The translations under genes and the position numbers were made by a program. Below the pieces are notes generated by a model. The model saw nothing but the letters and a program-made list of their open reading frames with translations, had not been told where the DNA came from and ran no database searches. Of a DNA stretch of 64,000 bases, positions 10,800 through 23,900 are shown piece after piece. Position 1 is the first letter of the stretch. Every line of letters starts with the position of its first letter. This DNA comes from Utricularia gibba (lineage: Eukaryota; Plantae; Magnoliophyta). The stretch spans positions 806,001-870,000 of the forward strand of contig NEEC01000019.1 of assembly GCA_002189035.1 (NCBI GenBank). Direction: 5' to 3'.

Positions 10800-13700
10800 T
10801 AAATGATATACTAAGTCCTTGTTTAGTTGGTTGCTGATTTACATTTTTATGGATTTCAATAAATCTAAATATATATATATATATATTTATTTATTTGATC
10901 TATTACACTTTAAACTTTTACTTTATAATGCAATAAATAAATAAAAATATTTTATTTTCACATTATCCTACGCTATGGTGCATCGGTCGTTTATAACACA
11001 TTTTACACCCTATTAAAATAAAAAAAAATTAGCAGTTAAGATGAACATTTTTTTTATTTAAAGGGTGACTATTTTTTTAAATCACGCGTATTTGCCACGT
11101 GCCACGGCTGGCCTGTCTCAACACTCAGCTACTGAAATGCGTGCAGCCATCAAGTCCCAATCCATTACACATGGCGGAAAAATAAATTGAGTAGAATAAT
11201 TCCTTAATAATTTGTACTATACTTTTTTCATAGAGTATCAAACTTCCAAATTAAACGTATTTGATCTTAAGTAATTTAAGAATAGATGATCTTTCGGAAA
11301 AATATTACAAAATATAAAACCATGAAAATTATATATTAATATCGTAAAATAAAAACATAAATAGTTGTAATGAGTTTGGGATAGCCATTTTGGAAATAGG
11401 GGTTCTAACACAAGGGGAGTGGGGCCCCTGTCCGACAACATCCATGACCATCTTTGTCCTCTTCCCTATCATAATTCCATGTGAAATCGAATTGAAATAC
11501 GGATTGGATTGGACTGATGAGCCAAAGCACAAAAAATGGGGAAAGGTCCAGGGACATGCCGTGCACCCGAGTCGTAGACTAGCACCATTATTCCCTCCCT
11601 CCCAAAAATGTATGATTGATCGAATGTGTTTCGGTCCCGATAAAATGTTCCTTAATCAATTCCTCCAGCTCATCACCTCACCCCTCCTTTTCCTTTTCCT
11701 TTTTTTTTATTTTGAAATGAATATTACCAGTCTAATCATGTAATAATATTAAAATCAATGTTTTTTGAATTGAGTTATTTGACATTACTTAATCATTTGA
11801 GTGGTTAAAAGGTAAGGTATAATTTTATAATATAAAAATACTTTTTTGGAAAATAAGACATGGGTGATGGATGAGTGAGAGAATGGGGAAGAGTCATGCA
11901 CCATTAAATGAAGTAGGGCAGGGTGCACGGTTGCAATTATTTGAAAGGGGACTCTTCCCTGAATTTCAAGTTTCCTATCTCCCCATCCCCAGCTGTGTCA
12001 TATTATTTACTCACGCATGCGTTTAGGGTAACAACCCGAGTAGTCACCGGGGTGGTGATGGTACTACATATTACTTACAAACGAGGGAGATTACATGTTT
12101 AAATAGAGAGATCTTTCTAATTTTATATTAGTTTTTTTTTATGAAAGTAAAAACGTAAAACTGTAATAATTGGATGTACGAAATAAATAATATTATAAAA
12201 GCCGAGTATGCATTATTACATTCCATGTCTTCCTTATTAGTGAATTAAATTTTACCAAAATAACCAAAACTTGTAAGGATATAACGTAATTTATGTTCAA
12301 AATTGTAATATTTATTTCAATTAGTTATTTAATTGTTTTTACATAATTTATACTAATGTGATTAAGTAAAATTATGTTTTGTGATTTTTTAAAATAATTT
12401 ATAATCAAACTAGAAATAGATTGTGAGTGAGATTGGATATACGAGATCAAAATTGAATCCAAAAGAAAGTTTAGAAAAAGTAATTTTATAAAATTTAGAG
12501 AAAAGATAAATGTAATATTTGATAAAATCCATCAATAAGGCCTAACAAAAGATTTTAATTAATCTTATAATCTGAAAAGATAATACTATTCTTCTCATTA
12601 TATAAAAAATGTTATCCTCCATGATCATTTTCATTTTGTCTCTTTTTTGTCAATGAAGTGTTGCTTATTATAATGAAAAATATTTTAAAAAATTTGAACT
12701 ATGATTATTTTAGAAATATAATTTTATTTATTTTTAAATATGCCATAAAAAACTCATTTTAATTATATTATATATAAATCCAATTATAAAATTTTTTACT
12801 AGGTTGTGATTAATCTCTTTTAAATAACACATTATATAAAACACATTTAAATTTTTGAAATCTCTCATTTTTATGCAAATAAATCTTATTCTCTTTTAGC
12901 CTTTTCATTTTATTATCTTATTTATTTATTTATTTATTATTATTATATATCACCTCCAAAATATTGGAAGGGGTACTCTCATAGGAAAACATTCGGGCGG
13001 TGGACAAGAGCAGGTGGCATTGGTTCATCCCCTTTTGCTGCGTGTGTTATTAAAGTATAACATTTTATATTCCTTTAATATTTAATGTAATATATTAGAC
13101 GAATTATCGTTTTAATTTTTTTTTCTCATTTACAGGGAGGGGGTTCAAATGTAATTTCACAGGAGACCAAATTAAGATTAATTAATCACGAAATCATAAT
13201 TAATTAGGGAAAAAAGAGAGGCCATTCGTTTTCAAACCAATGAAGCAAATATCTGTCCTCTTGGCCCGCAGCTTCATTATGATGTTATGATACCTTTTTA
13301 TTTCTGGTAGTAAGACACGTCACATCCCTCACTAATTGCATGGCAAATTAAGTAATTACGTAATCAACCATCACTAACCATGGTTAATCACCCCCTCTAA
13401 GCCAACCACATGGAAATTACAATTTTTGGGAAATTTTAGAAATATTATATTTCGGAAAAAAATGGAAATTCAAAATTTCGTCGAAATTTATAACTTGATA
13501 TTACCACCTAACGAGCTAAATATTGAAATGCCCTCCTTAGGCATTGTTGCTTTATTTGTGAGGGTTGGATATTAAATTGAATTATAATATTGAAAATTCG
13601 AAATAAAGTTGAATATTATTATTATTATTTTAATCTGGGGTGAAAATGAAAAATAAAATATGGATAATTGTGGTAAAGAGTATTTGGATGGATTAAATGA

Positions 13701-13827
13701 GCAGACAATTATAAAGCTACTTCCTCTATCGGCTTCACACAGTTGGGCTCCTTGGTTTCCGGTTACCTGTTTTCGGTCGAAACACAAGTACTGTGATTGC
13801 GCTTTTCTTCTCCGTGCTTCATCTTTC

Positions 13828-15054
13828 ATGGGCAGGCATTCTTGCTGCTACAAGCAGAAGCTGAGAAAGGGGCTCTGGTCGCCGGAGGAAGACGAGAAGC
13901 TCATCAATCATATAACTAAACACGGCCATGGATGCTGGAGCACTGTCCCCAAGCTTGCCGGTAAAGTTGGATTCTGTTTGGGTTTGAGATTTGTTTTGGT
14001 TTGATCGCGAATGGTTGTGTTTTTGTGGGAATTTGAAAAGGGCTCCAGAGGTGTGGAAAGAGCTGCAGGCTGAGATGGATAAATTACTTGAGGCCGGATT
14101 TGAAGAGAGGGACATTTTCGGCGGAGGAGGAGAATTTGATTGTGGAATTGCATGCTGTTCTTGGGAACAGGTGATTTTGACTGTTTCTTGATATGGTTTG
14201 ATTTGTTTTCATTTGGGTTGTGATTGGAGTTTTTGAGTCGGCAGATGGTCGCAGATTGCGGCGCAGTTGCCGGGGAGAACTGATAATGAGATCAAGAATT
14301 TGTGGAACTCGTCTCTGAAGAAGAAACTGAAACAGAGGGGCATTGATCCCAATACCCACAAACTGTTGTCGGAGCTGCCGGAGAAGGATTCCCCTACGGT
14401 GACGGAGAAGGCGTCGGATGTCTCCACCGACAAACCCAACTCCGATTCCATCACCGCCCCTGCGTTTTCTCCGGTGGAGAACTGCGGCAGCGGGCATGAG
14501 TTTTTCCTAAAGAGTTTGTCTTCAGGGGCGGCGGCGGCGGCAGTGGCGGCGACAGCGCCGGGCTTCTCCGAGCTCGTGTCGTTTCAGCAGATGGGTTTTG
14601 GACAGAATTCAAATTTCTTCAACACGAATTGCCCACCGGCGAATCTCGATCCCGCTTCCTCATCAATTATGGCTACTCCCGCAGCAGGAGGAAAGCCTGG
14701 AGCCGGTTTCAACTCCGGTAACTGTTCGCTCCCCTTAGACGCCAAGTTCGAGAATTGGGGCAACGCCGCCGCGAGAACAACCAAAACAACAGCCGTTTTT
14801 GAATGCCACAACGGTTTCCCGTGGGGAAAGAACCCGGCTACGCGCCGCCGCCTGAAACTCCGGTGAGCGCCACATGGAATGGGTATCTTCAACCTCCGAT
14901 TTTCATCGCCAACACGAACGAAAACCCACCGAATTCCAGGGAGTCATACACGGTAACGAAGCCGGAGCCGAGCTTCCAAGAAGAGGATTCATGGAACTGG
15001 CATCAAAACCAGCCACAACAATCTCCAGTGTACGGTAACATATTCCCAGGCTGA
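13828..15054 (+). CDS. MYB61: R2R3-MYB subgroup 13 (MYB61/MYB50/MYB55-like). Exons 13828-13960, 14041-14170, 14245-15054, with one apparent -1 frameshift at 14823-14826.
   Basis: [25 protein letters not shown]...[23 protein letters not shown]...[34 protein letters not shown], with canonical 133/130-nt exons and the subgroup-13 GIDP.THK motif. Confidence 0.9.
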
Positions 15055-17864
15055 GATAACCAAGACTCGCCACCGGCAACGAAGAAGGTGTGCCTTTTTT
15101 TTTTTTTTCTTTTTTACTACACAGATCTCGTAAATAGCTACCTCATTATGCACTCTGTTCTTCGTCTTCTTCCTCCACCTCCCGACTTGTGGTTTTCCTC
15201 CCAGATTTGGTATTAATTAATTACACGGGATTATTTCTTCCCTCATTTCCCTTTCCTGCTTAATTTCAATTTATTTGAAAACAAAACACTCTAAATCAAA
15301 AACACAGTGGATCAACTCAGGATCACAGTGATCTGCTGACCGTCGTGGGATGTGGGCTTTTTATGCTCCAGTGAAAGACGATCATAATTACAGGCGCTTT
15401 GGGTTCCATGGAATGCCTGTTCCACAGCAACCTACGAGTCTTGTTAGAAGAAAGCCACCATCTTTACCACCATCTCCCAGTTTTTACAGCCTTGAAAGCT
15501 TGCAGGAAGAACTGGTTTTCAATGTCAAAAAGATGTAATTGTTATCATCAACAACATAATCTGGGTTTGTTGGTCAATTTCATCATGTGTTGGCCTCGGC
15601 CCCCCACTGCCTCGAGAGCATCATTATCCCCATTTCATGTCACACCCCAAAAGCCCCCTCATGTCTTCTCCCCCAAAACTTTACATCGATACGTTCTTCG
15701 CATCAGCAACACGACGTGGTTTCAGAAGCGGTTTCTTTCCAACGTAGATTGACAGGAGAGAGCAAGGGTTTGGGAATGCAGCAGTGGGTGCTGCTTAAAA
15801 CGATGCCCGGATACAAAGCTTTGATTCGAAACCACGGAACGCAAGGGGGAAGAGGGAACTCTTACCAGAAGGTTGAAAGAGTAGAAAGAACCAGTAATTT
15901 ACTGATGCGCAGAAAAAGGGCTGGTTCAAGTTGGGCACTGGAGGGGGACAAATCCCGATCAAGCTGGGATTTGCCGAGCCGCTGCTCCGCGTCACCAAAA
16001 GGATCATTTCTCATTGAAATTCCCATGCACTGATAACAACGCAAATGGGTGTTGTTGCCGGTGGTGGACGTTAAAGAGCAGGACGGCGACCCTGAAAAAA
16101 CGAAGTTACAGGAAGAGATAATGGGGCGGGGGCGTACGGCACACAAATTCACGCGTGTGCGGGTTCCGATCTCTGACACCCGTCTTTGTTTCCCAGTCAC
16201 GTGCGCCTATTCAATTCTACTGTTAAAAAACTAAATTCTAATTTCCCATTTATAACCGCCACCCTAAACACACGGCACTCCTTCCAATTCCCCCGACCTA
16301 TGCGCACATAATTTAAGGTATGTTTGAAATGCTCCATTTAAAAATATTTTGTAATCATGATTTTTATTTCAAAACATTTTTTATTTTTAAGAAATGATAG
16401 AAACATATCTTCTATTTGATTAACATAAATTCTCAAAAAAAAAAAAATGTTTTTCGAGAAATATAAATAAAAGGACAACTTAATTTTCTTTTCATATTTA
16501 CTATTCATTAAATTATTGAAAAAAAAGACAAAAATAACTATTTTGCTCTAGTAGCAATGTGTGGTTGACCTTAATTTGTTTTTGTTCTTTTTTTGGTAGA
16601 TTGTAAATTAATTGAATGGATCCTTAATGTAATATTTAAAAAATCATGATTGAATTGTTCATAGTAACAATTATGTTAAATTATAAATACTTTAGAAGAG
16701 AAAAAATAAATCATGATTCATTTACAATTGTACTCTTGTTTGTAATATAGTTTTTGAACTAGTTACTCTGTTTTTTGTTCCTAGAATATCAAAAATTTGT
16801 TTTTTTTTTTAAAAAAAAAACGATGAATTCAATCATAATTTGAATTATGATCAAATTGTACAAGGAATTCATGGGTTTTTCAACCATTTAGGACACTCCC
16901 CTAATATCGTCGGATCATATACAAAAATAATCAACTGTATACTCTCGTTCAAACATTAAATTAAAAATTCATATTATGAATAATTATTTTTCTCACATAA
17001 ACATTTCTAATTCTTCCTAATCAAATCTCGTGGAAGGAGAGCCATGAATCAGGCAATTACAAATAGTGGCCAGTGGGTGGCAATCCTGATTAAAAGCCGT
17101 GTTCTTTTTTGGTTTTCCACGTACATTTATTTAATGCGTGCGTGTAATATTTTAATTTGGGTCTTTAATGTGGCATGTGATCCCAATTATTGAGTCCCCT
17201 CCCTTTCACGCATTGGCCCCCCCCCCCCCCCCCCCCACCCAAATCAACTCTGTAGAAGAACTAGAAACAAAAGAAGCAGTCTTCCAGGCGGGACATGAAA
17301 ACCCAGTCTTCTCTTGTTGCCTCCCACGGGTGACAACATGTGACATGAGGTCAAGATGTTTACAGGAGAGGGATGACACAAAACCTACTGCAAAACAAGC
17401 CTGATACCCTAAACTAGTCCCTCGCAGAACAGGGAGAGGTCATTGGGAATATGTATACATTTGGCCAACTAATAATGCAAAGATGAGTAGATTTGTAAAT
17501 GATCTAAAGTTGTTGGCTCTGAGTTCTTACTGTGGTGTTAAGTGGATGGGCTATGGTGGTATCCTGCCCACGGCTGTATGGAGGTTTTGGTCATTAGGAC
17601 CAGTGGGCTGGAGTTGTTTCTGGATGTGTGTTTAGCTTAGCCCATGGATCAACTTTGATTGTTTCCTGTGAAGAAGAAAAAGCTCAACTGCATTTCGTAA
17701 GGCATACAGAAAACTTGATTTCAGACATTGGAAAGGTTACATAAGGCAGGAGCCTACTGCTCAAAATACCTACTCCTTGTTTGAATCATTCTTGGGGCTG
17801 GTTTAGAACATCTGGGCAGGACAGATACATTTACAATGCAGTTTTATGTGGCTCATCTTACCGT

Positions 17865-19836
17865 TCAGAAAATTTTTCTCTTCCCTCTCTGGTTTCTGGA
17901 AGGATTTGTATCTTCAGTTTCGAGAAAATTGCCCACACCATTGTGTTCCTGTGTTACCAAGCCCCGGTTCCTGCAGAATTTCCTTATTGGTGTTGAAGGC
18001 AGTGATCCTAGTGCTTCGACATGATTTGCATCGTCTACTGGGATTCTGTGGGGCATTAGTTCTTCGCCATCGGCAACAGAAGACAGCATCACCTGCAGTT
18101 TAATGCCATGTGAGAAATTTATAACATGTATTAGAGATTGTACAGATAGTATTTGAACACATGTACCTTCCAGTCATTGAAATCATATCTGAACATGAAA
18201 TGGAAGTAGTTGGCTTCTCCAGCGCGAATAGCATTGGCAGTGGGAGCATTCCTTGGAGCTGAAAAATCAACATTCTGGTTATGCTAATACCAGAGGGTTA
18301 ACACAGGGTAAGCAACACACAAAGTACGCCTACAAGCGACCAAATGTTACTTACAAACTAGATGACGACCAGTTTCATCAACTGAGACCTCAGCTCGACC
18401 ATCTTTTATGAGAAATGACAGGGAAAATAAATTCTCCACTGTCTGTGAAAAAGATTTGCGGTTTAATATAAGATTTTCCAGCTGAATTTTGTGATTCTTT
18501 CTGAGGATACCGAACATAGTGGCCATGTTTTTGTCAGTATCCGTCTTTTCCTTATCAGGACATTCTTCAAGCTGCCACAGAAAGCATATGAAGAAAGTTA
18601 GTCATGTATATTAGCATATACTGCCAGGTGGATTCTGGATGTCATCAACAGATTTAAATTAGGAGATATTCACACGTGTATGAGCCAAAGATGAATGTAA
18701 GGAGGCATGAAAAGAACGCATCAATGTCAACAGCTGGATACAAATTATACCTCATCAGGCCGTGTTCTCGTTGTTGGCCTAACATCACTTTTACGGACAC
18801 ACACCTTCCGCTTCTTAACTTCGCTGTTCATAGGCCCTATCCTGTAGATATGAATTAAATAAGGTACAGCAGCTTTACATCTCAAGAACAGCATGAAATG
18901 TAGGAACTCAGTGGAGCTTATACTAAGCCTTACATTGTGCAACAGCCAGGAGCAGTCCTGAAAGCATCCAAGACCCTCTTTCCGATATCTGACCAGCTCA
19001 CAACACTTCTAGCCCCATCTTGGCTAGCACTTGAGGTACACTGCTGCCCAAAATCCCTAAGCAGACAACTAACAAAACTCGCCGGTGTTATCCCCTCATT
19101 GCTATAAGCCTTAACAGATGTCATCAGTGTGTTTGCTATGCCAAAAAAAGCTTCAGCATCTGCCACTTGTTCCCTAGGCTTTTGTACTGTAAGCATAAAA
19201 AGAAGCAGGATGAACAGAATCTCATAGTAAAAGAATTCCCAAGGTGAAGCCACCAAGACATCCATCTCTCCAGAAAATTAGACTAAACAAGACATTTTTA
19301 CCAACCGAAGATCAATCCCATCTCATAATTGGCCCCAATGACCCCAATGACCAAAATAGTATTTTTAAATAGAAAGAAAAGAAGCATATGCATATCGAAA
19401 GCATACCATCCATCACAATAAAAATAGACAAAAAAGTAGGCTATCGGAGACTATACCGAGCTGATGCAAGTTGTCGACTTCTTCTATAAACGATTTGAAC
19501 TTATTGGAGTCAACGCGTATGATTTCATCCCTCTCATCTACATACAACAAACAACATTAAGTTCATTGTTGAGAAGAGAAAATGCTAAAATGGCATTATT
19601 TTTCTGTTGAAAACTAGTCTACATCTCCCCAATAACACACAGATTCAGGCAACATTAGAAAGTAGGTCACACTAACCAGTTATCCGGTTCCTAAATTTCA
19701 GATATTGAGAACGAAGAACCCTGCGCTCAGAGACACTTCCTTCTCCATCACCCACAGCTGCACTCTGCTCGCTACTGATGTTCTCTCCCTTGCGTGCGCT
19801 ATTATTAGGTATCTCTTTCTTTACTGGTCGCCCCAT
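17865..19836 (-). CDS. NSE4: Non-structural maintenance of chromosomes element 4 (SMC5/6 kleisin)
   Basis: MGRPVKKE...ERRVLRSQYL, VQKPREQVADAEA, LGPMNSEVKKRK, TDKNMATMFGILRKN...LNRKSFSQTVENLFSLSFLIKDGRAEV, FRYDFNDWK and TPIRKFCRNRGLV, across seven phase-consistent GT-AG exons. Confidence 0.9.
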
Positions 19837-20965
19837 TGCTTACACCATGGATCTGATCAAAAAATTAGGGTCAAGATATCACCCCAGTTCTCAAAAGATG
19901 GATTACACGAAATGGTTGACAACTGTTAAACGGTAAGAAGGCAATATGCATCGAAAGATGAAGCTTCATACCTGAAAATTAGAGGGAAACCCAGGGGACA
20001 AGGGAAAATTTTGGGAGGGAACGTAGAAGGGTTTTCGCCATTCTTTCAAATTCTGCTCACGAAACTGGAATGGTCAATATTACCCTCCATCCGACAGACC
20101 TTCGAGGGACGAGTGAGGGTAAAAATTGGTAATGTTTGGGAAATTTCCGGAAAAAGGGCAAACTGAGCATTCGGGTTGGATTTCCCGAGATCATCGCCAG
20201 GCCCGCTTTCAGGTTCTTTGCAACGTCTCCTCTCCGTTTTCACTTCGCACTCGGAATTAGGGTTGTGAAGTACGCAATTTCCGAGAAAAGAATCAAGGCT
20301 TTGTGAAAGCCGAAGAAAGCAGCGATCAGTGTACAGCTCTTCCATTTATATAGGAATTTAGCGATTTTGGGAGTTTAAAGAATCAGTAAAAGCCACCGTG
20401 TTGTTAATCAGTGCTGGTGGTAGGCGTCCCCCTCCCGCGGTAGGAGCATTCCTTGAATTCGTACACTTGTTATTTGCTTCGAACTTCAGCATTTAGTTTT
20501 TTTTGGTTGATGTAAGTGTGATTTGGCTGGACCCAGCCCAGCACTGGTTAGCGTGATTTGCAAATTTTGTCTTTCTGGGGTCCTTGTTTTCCAGATTATA
20601 AAGTAGTAATGTGTGTCTGTCGCTGTAATTTGTTATTAACATTCATTCCTTTTTGAGGATGATATTTTTCGCTTTCTTTTTCTGGAGAGTGTATAGATTT
20701 CATTTTAGTGGGTCGCATGTGTGGTATTTATATGCTGTCTTCCCATGCTCTGTTGCACTGTACACAGCTGGGCTGTGTTAGATGGTTTCAGGAATTAACA
20801 CAATCAACTTTTTTGGTTACTAACCAAACATTCACTTGTTATGAATTTATTCACTCGGAGTAAATCATGAGGATCTAAATTTCTGGTGCATGCTTCGAGT
20901 TTCATTCCTTAATCTGGCAGGATGCATTCCCATTATAATGAATGCTAATGTGATTGTTTTTAGGT

Positions 20966-23900
20966 ATGGCGAACTTAGTTCTAACTGGTATATTGGAGAA
21001 GGTAAATCATTGAATATTTTTCTGTTCTTTCTTCTATTTGCTATGTTGGGAAATAATACATCCATGCTGTGCAGATGACGGGTAAGGATAAGGATTACAG
21101 ATATATGGCAACTTCGGATTTACTCAATGAATTGAATAAGGAGGGGTTTAAGATCGATGGGGATCTTGAAGCAAAGTTGTCAAACACTGTCATTCAGCAG
21201 CTTGATGATGCAGCTGGCGATGTTTCTGGCTTAGCTGTAAAATGGTGTAGCCTCTTATACGATTTGATTTATTCTTTTTTTTTCTTTGATGTTAGATTCA
21301 CACTACAAGCCCCTATTCGCTCTGTTGCTAACATGGAATTTATGTCTGATAAACTTTTCCATCTCACTTATGTGGCTTTTCTTGTATTCTAGCCTTGCTC
21401 CATTGGTGAAGAAAATCCGGGACCAGCTGGTTCTTGAAATGAGTAACAAACTTTGTGATAAATTGCTGAATGGCAAGGAGCAATATCGAGATACTGCAAG
21501 CATTGCTCTGAAGACAATTGTTTCTGAAGTGCCTACATCAGCTGTCGCACAATCTGTCCTGGAATCCGTGTCACCAAAATTAATAAAAGGAATAGTGTCT
21601 CCGGTGAGGCCATTATGTATTTATCTTCCCCCTGTGTAGACTAGTACGTACAAAATATGCTTACTGACCCTTTTTCTTATAGGAAGCCATCACCGAAATC
21701 AAATGTGAATGCTTGGATATTCTGTGTGATGTTCTTCACAAGTATGGCAATCTAATGGTATCTGATCATGAGGAATTATTAAACGCATTATTGCCTCAAT
21801 TGAATGCCAATCAAGCCAGTGTGAGAAAGAAGGCCGTTTCTTCAATGGGTAGAGCTCTTAGTGTTGCATCTTTTTGATTATGCGTGTTTAAAAAAATCTT
21901 GTATGACTGTATTAGTTACAACCTTTCCAGCATCACTCTCTTCAAGCTTATCTGATGATTTACTGGCTAAGGCTACTTGTCAAGTCATTCAAGTTTTGAA
22001 AAATAAGAGTACAAAGGCTGAAATCACCCGCACAAACATTCAGATGATTGGGGCTTTAAGGTAAGCTGAAAATCAAGATTTTCTTTCTTTTTTTGCATAT
22101 TTTGATATTTTTTATGTGTATCAGTCATAAATTACTTATTCCATGCCTTTTATTTGCATTTCTTAAGCGTTCAAATTTCACCCTACCCATTGTAAGGGAC
22201 GTAAGGTTAAAGTTGTTGGTCAAATCCCATATTGATTAGCAATGAGGGGGGGGGGGGGGTGTGGATATAGAGGATTTAAGTAATATCCCCCAAATCTTGC
22301 AAGTATTTTTTTCAAGGATGAGTGGACCTGATTCAAGATAGTGACCACCTGGTAAGCCATTGGACATATTAGATTTCGAGGGGTGTGTGATTAAGGTGCT
22401 GCACTCGTAGATGTGGGTTTACCAATGGTCCCGTTGTTCTAGTCAGTTGTGAGGCGAACTTAATTGTGGACCTTGAATCGTAGGGGGGGCTTGGGGGGGG
22501 GGGGATCCTTACTGATTAGTCACTGTGTAATATGATAAAAAACTAAAGGTTATATGAGGAATTTTTCTTGCATAATGGAGTTTAGACGCACCAATAAAGC
22601 TACTGATACTTATGCCAGAGTAGACGCAGTGGGTGACCATGTAGGAAGGTGTTCGTTGGGGAAACTTGAAACATGCGATGTGGGTTATAAGCTCTGTGTG
22701 GGTCGACTTTCTGCAAGTTGTATGATATATTGCGAGTGTTGAGTGATTATGGGACAGTTGGTGTGCATTTTTACATCCAACATCGCAGTTGGCAAGAAAA
22801 ACTCTTTTTAGACTCTGCTATTTTTCATGAATTAGCACTTTTATGGTTGCTATCTAGTAAGTTTATTAAACATAATGAAAGATACGTTGACTTGTACGCT
22901 TGTTTTGTCCTCTTTTTATGCTCACCTTGACTCACTTGTGAATTTACTGCTTCAACTTCTCAAGTCGTGCTGTTGGATATCGCTTTGGATCGCACCTGGG
23001 AGAAGCAGTTCCAATTTTGTTGAACTACTGTCAAAATGCGTCTGAAAATGATGAAGAGCTTCGGGAGTATAGCTTGCAGGTATATTTAATTTATATAATT
23101 TGAAATATTGAACTTCTTTGCATTTTGCTTTTATCTATCCTTAAAATTTCGTGTGCCTCACTGAATTCAGGCCTTGGAGATTTTTTTGTTGAGGTGTCCA
23201 AGAGATATTTCTGCTTACTGTGAGCAAATTTTGCACATCGATTTGGAGTTTCTAAGCCATGATCCAAATTTCACTGATAACATGGAGGAAGACTCGGACG
23301 ATGATGCTTGTGCAGAAGAGGATGATGAGTATGTTGTGGCTTGTTATATTTTTATGACCTTGCTGCATATTTTCTTGAGGAAGCTTCCTAATATGCTTTG
23401 TTACTTGTAGTGAGAGCGCTGATGAATACACAGATGATGAAGATGCGAGTTGGAAAGTTCGAAGAGCTGCTGCTAAATGTTTGGGTGCATTAATTGTATC
23501 TAGACCTGAGATGCTCTCAAGATTATATAAGGAGGTACTCGTGATATGTTTGGCCATTGATTTTTTCTGTGTCGTTTTGTTTACCAATATAGTTTAGTTT
23601 ATTAAGTGCCATATTGACCTGCCGGATTGTTTAATTACTCAGCTGTTATATTATTTTTTGGATACATGTTTTACATTAAACTACTTATTTTTGTAGATTT
23701 TGTTGATAAATTTTGTATATTATTTTTTAAAAAAATTTTAAATATGAAATCTCTTAGCTTAATTGTGTTGTTTTGATGAGACATTTTATAATTGCTCATA
23801 TGATGCAGGCTTGCCCGAAGTTGATTGATAGATTTAAGGAAAGGGAAGAAAATGTCAAGGTAGGGAAGCAGGTTGGTTTTCTGGTAACATGGAATGTTTT

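Noticed and set aside
13660-13827. In-frame 56-aa N-terminal extension of the MYB
   Set aside because: ATG 13660 lies upstream of a TATA-like TTATAAA (~13708), and subgroup-13 MYBs begin MGRHSCC.
15749-15770. TTGACAGGAGAGAGCAAGG resembling miR156/157/535, and nearby GGCAAATC/GATTTGTCC resembling miR399 arms
   Set aside because: Too many mismatches to the mature sequences as I recall them, and no matching star arm.
17168-17404. 78-aa Pro-rich ORF
   Set aside because: The poly-Pro comes from a ~20-nt C homopolymer, and nothing else supports coding.
20046-20345. 99-aa ORF upstream of NSE4
   Set aside because: Its ATG abuts the TATA box and so is probably upstream of the TSS. No family similarity.
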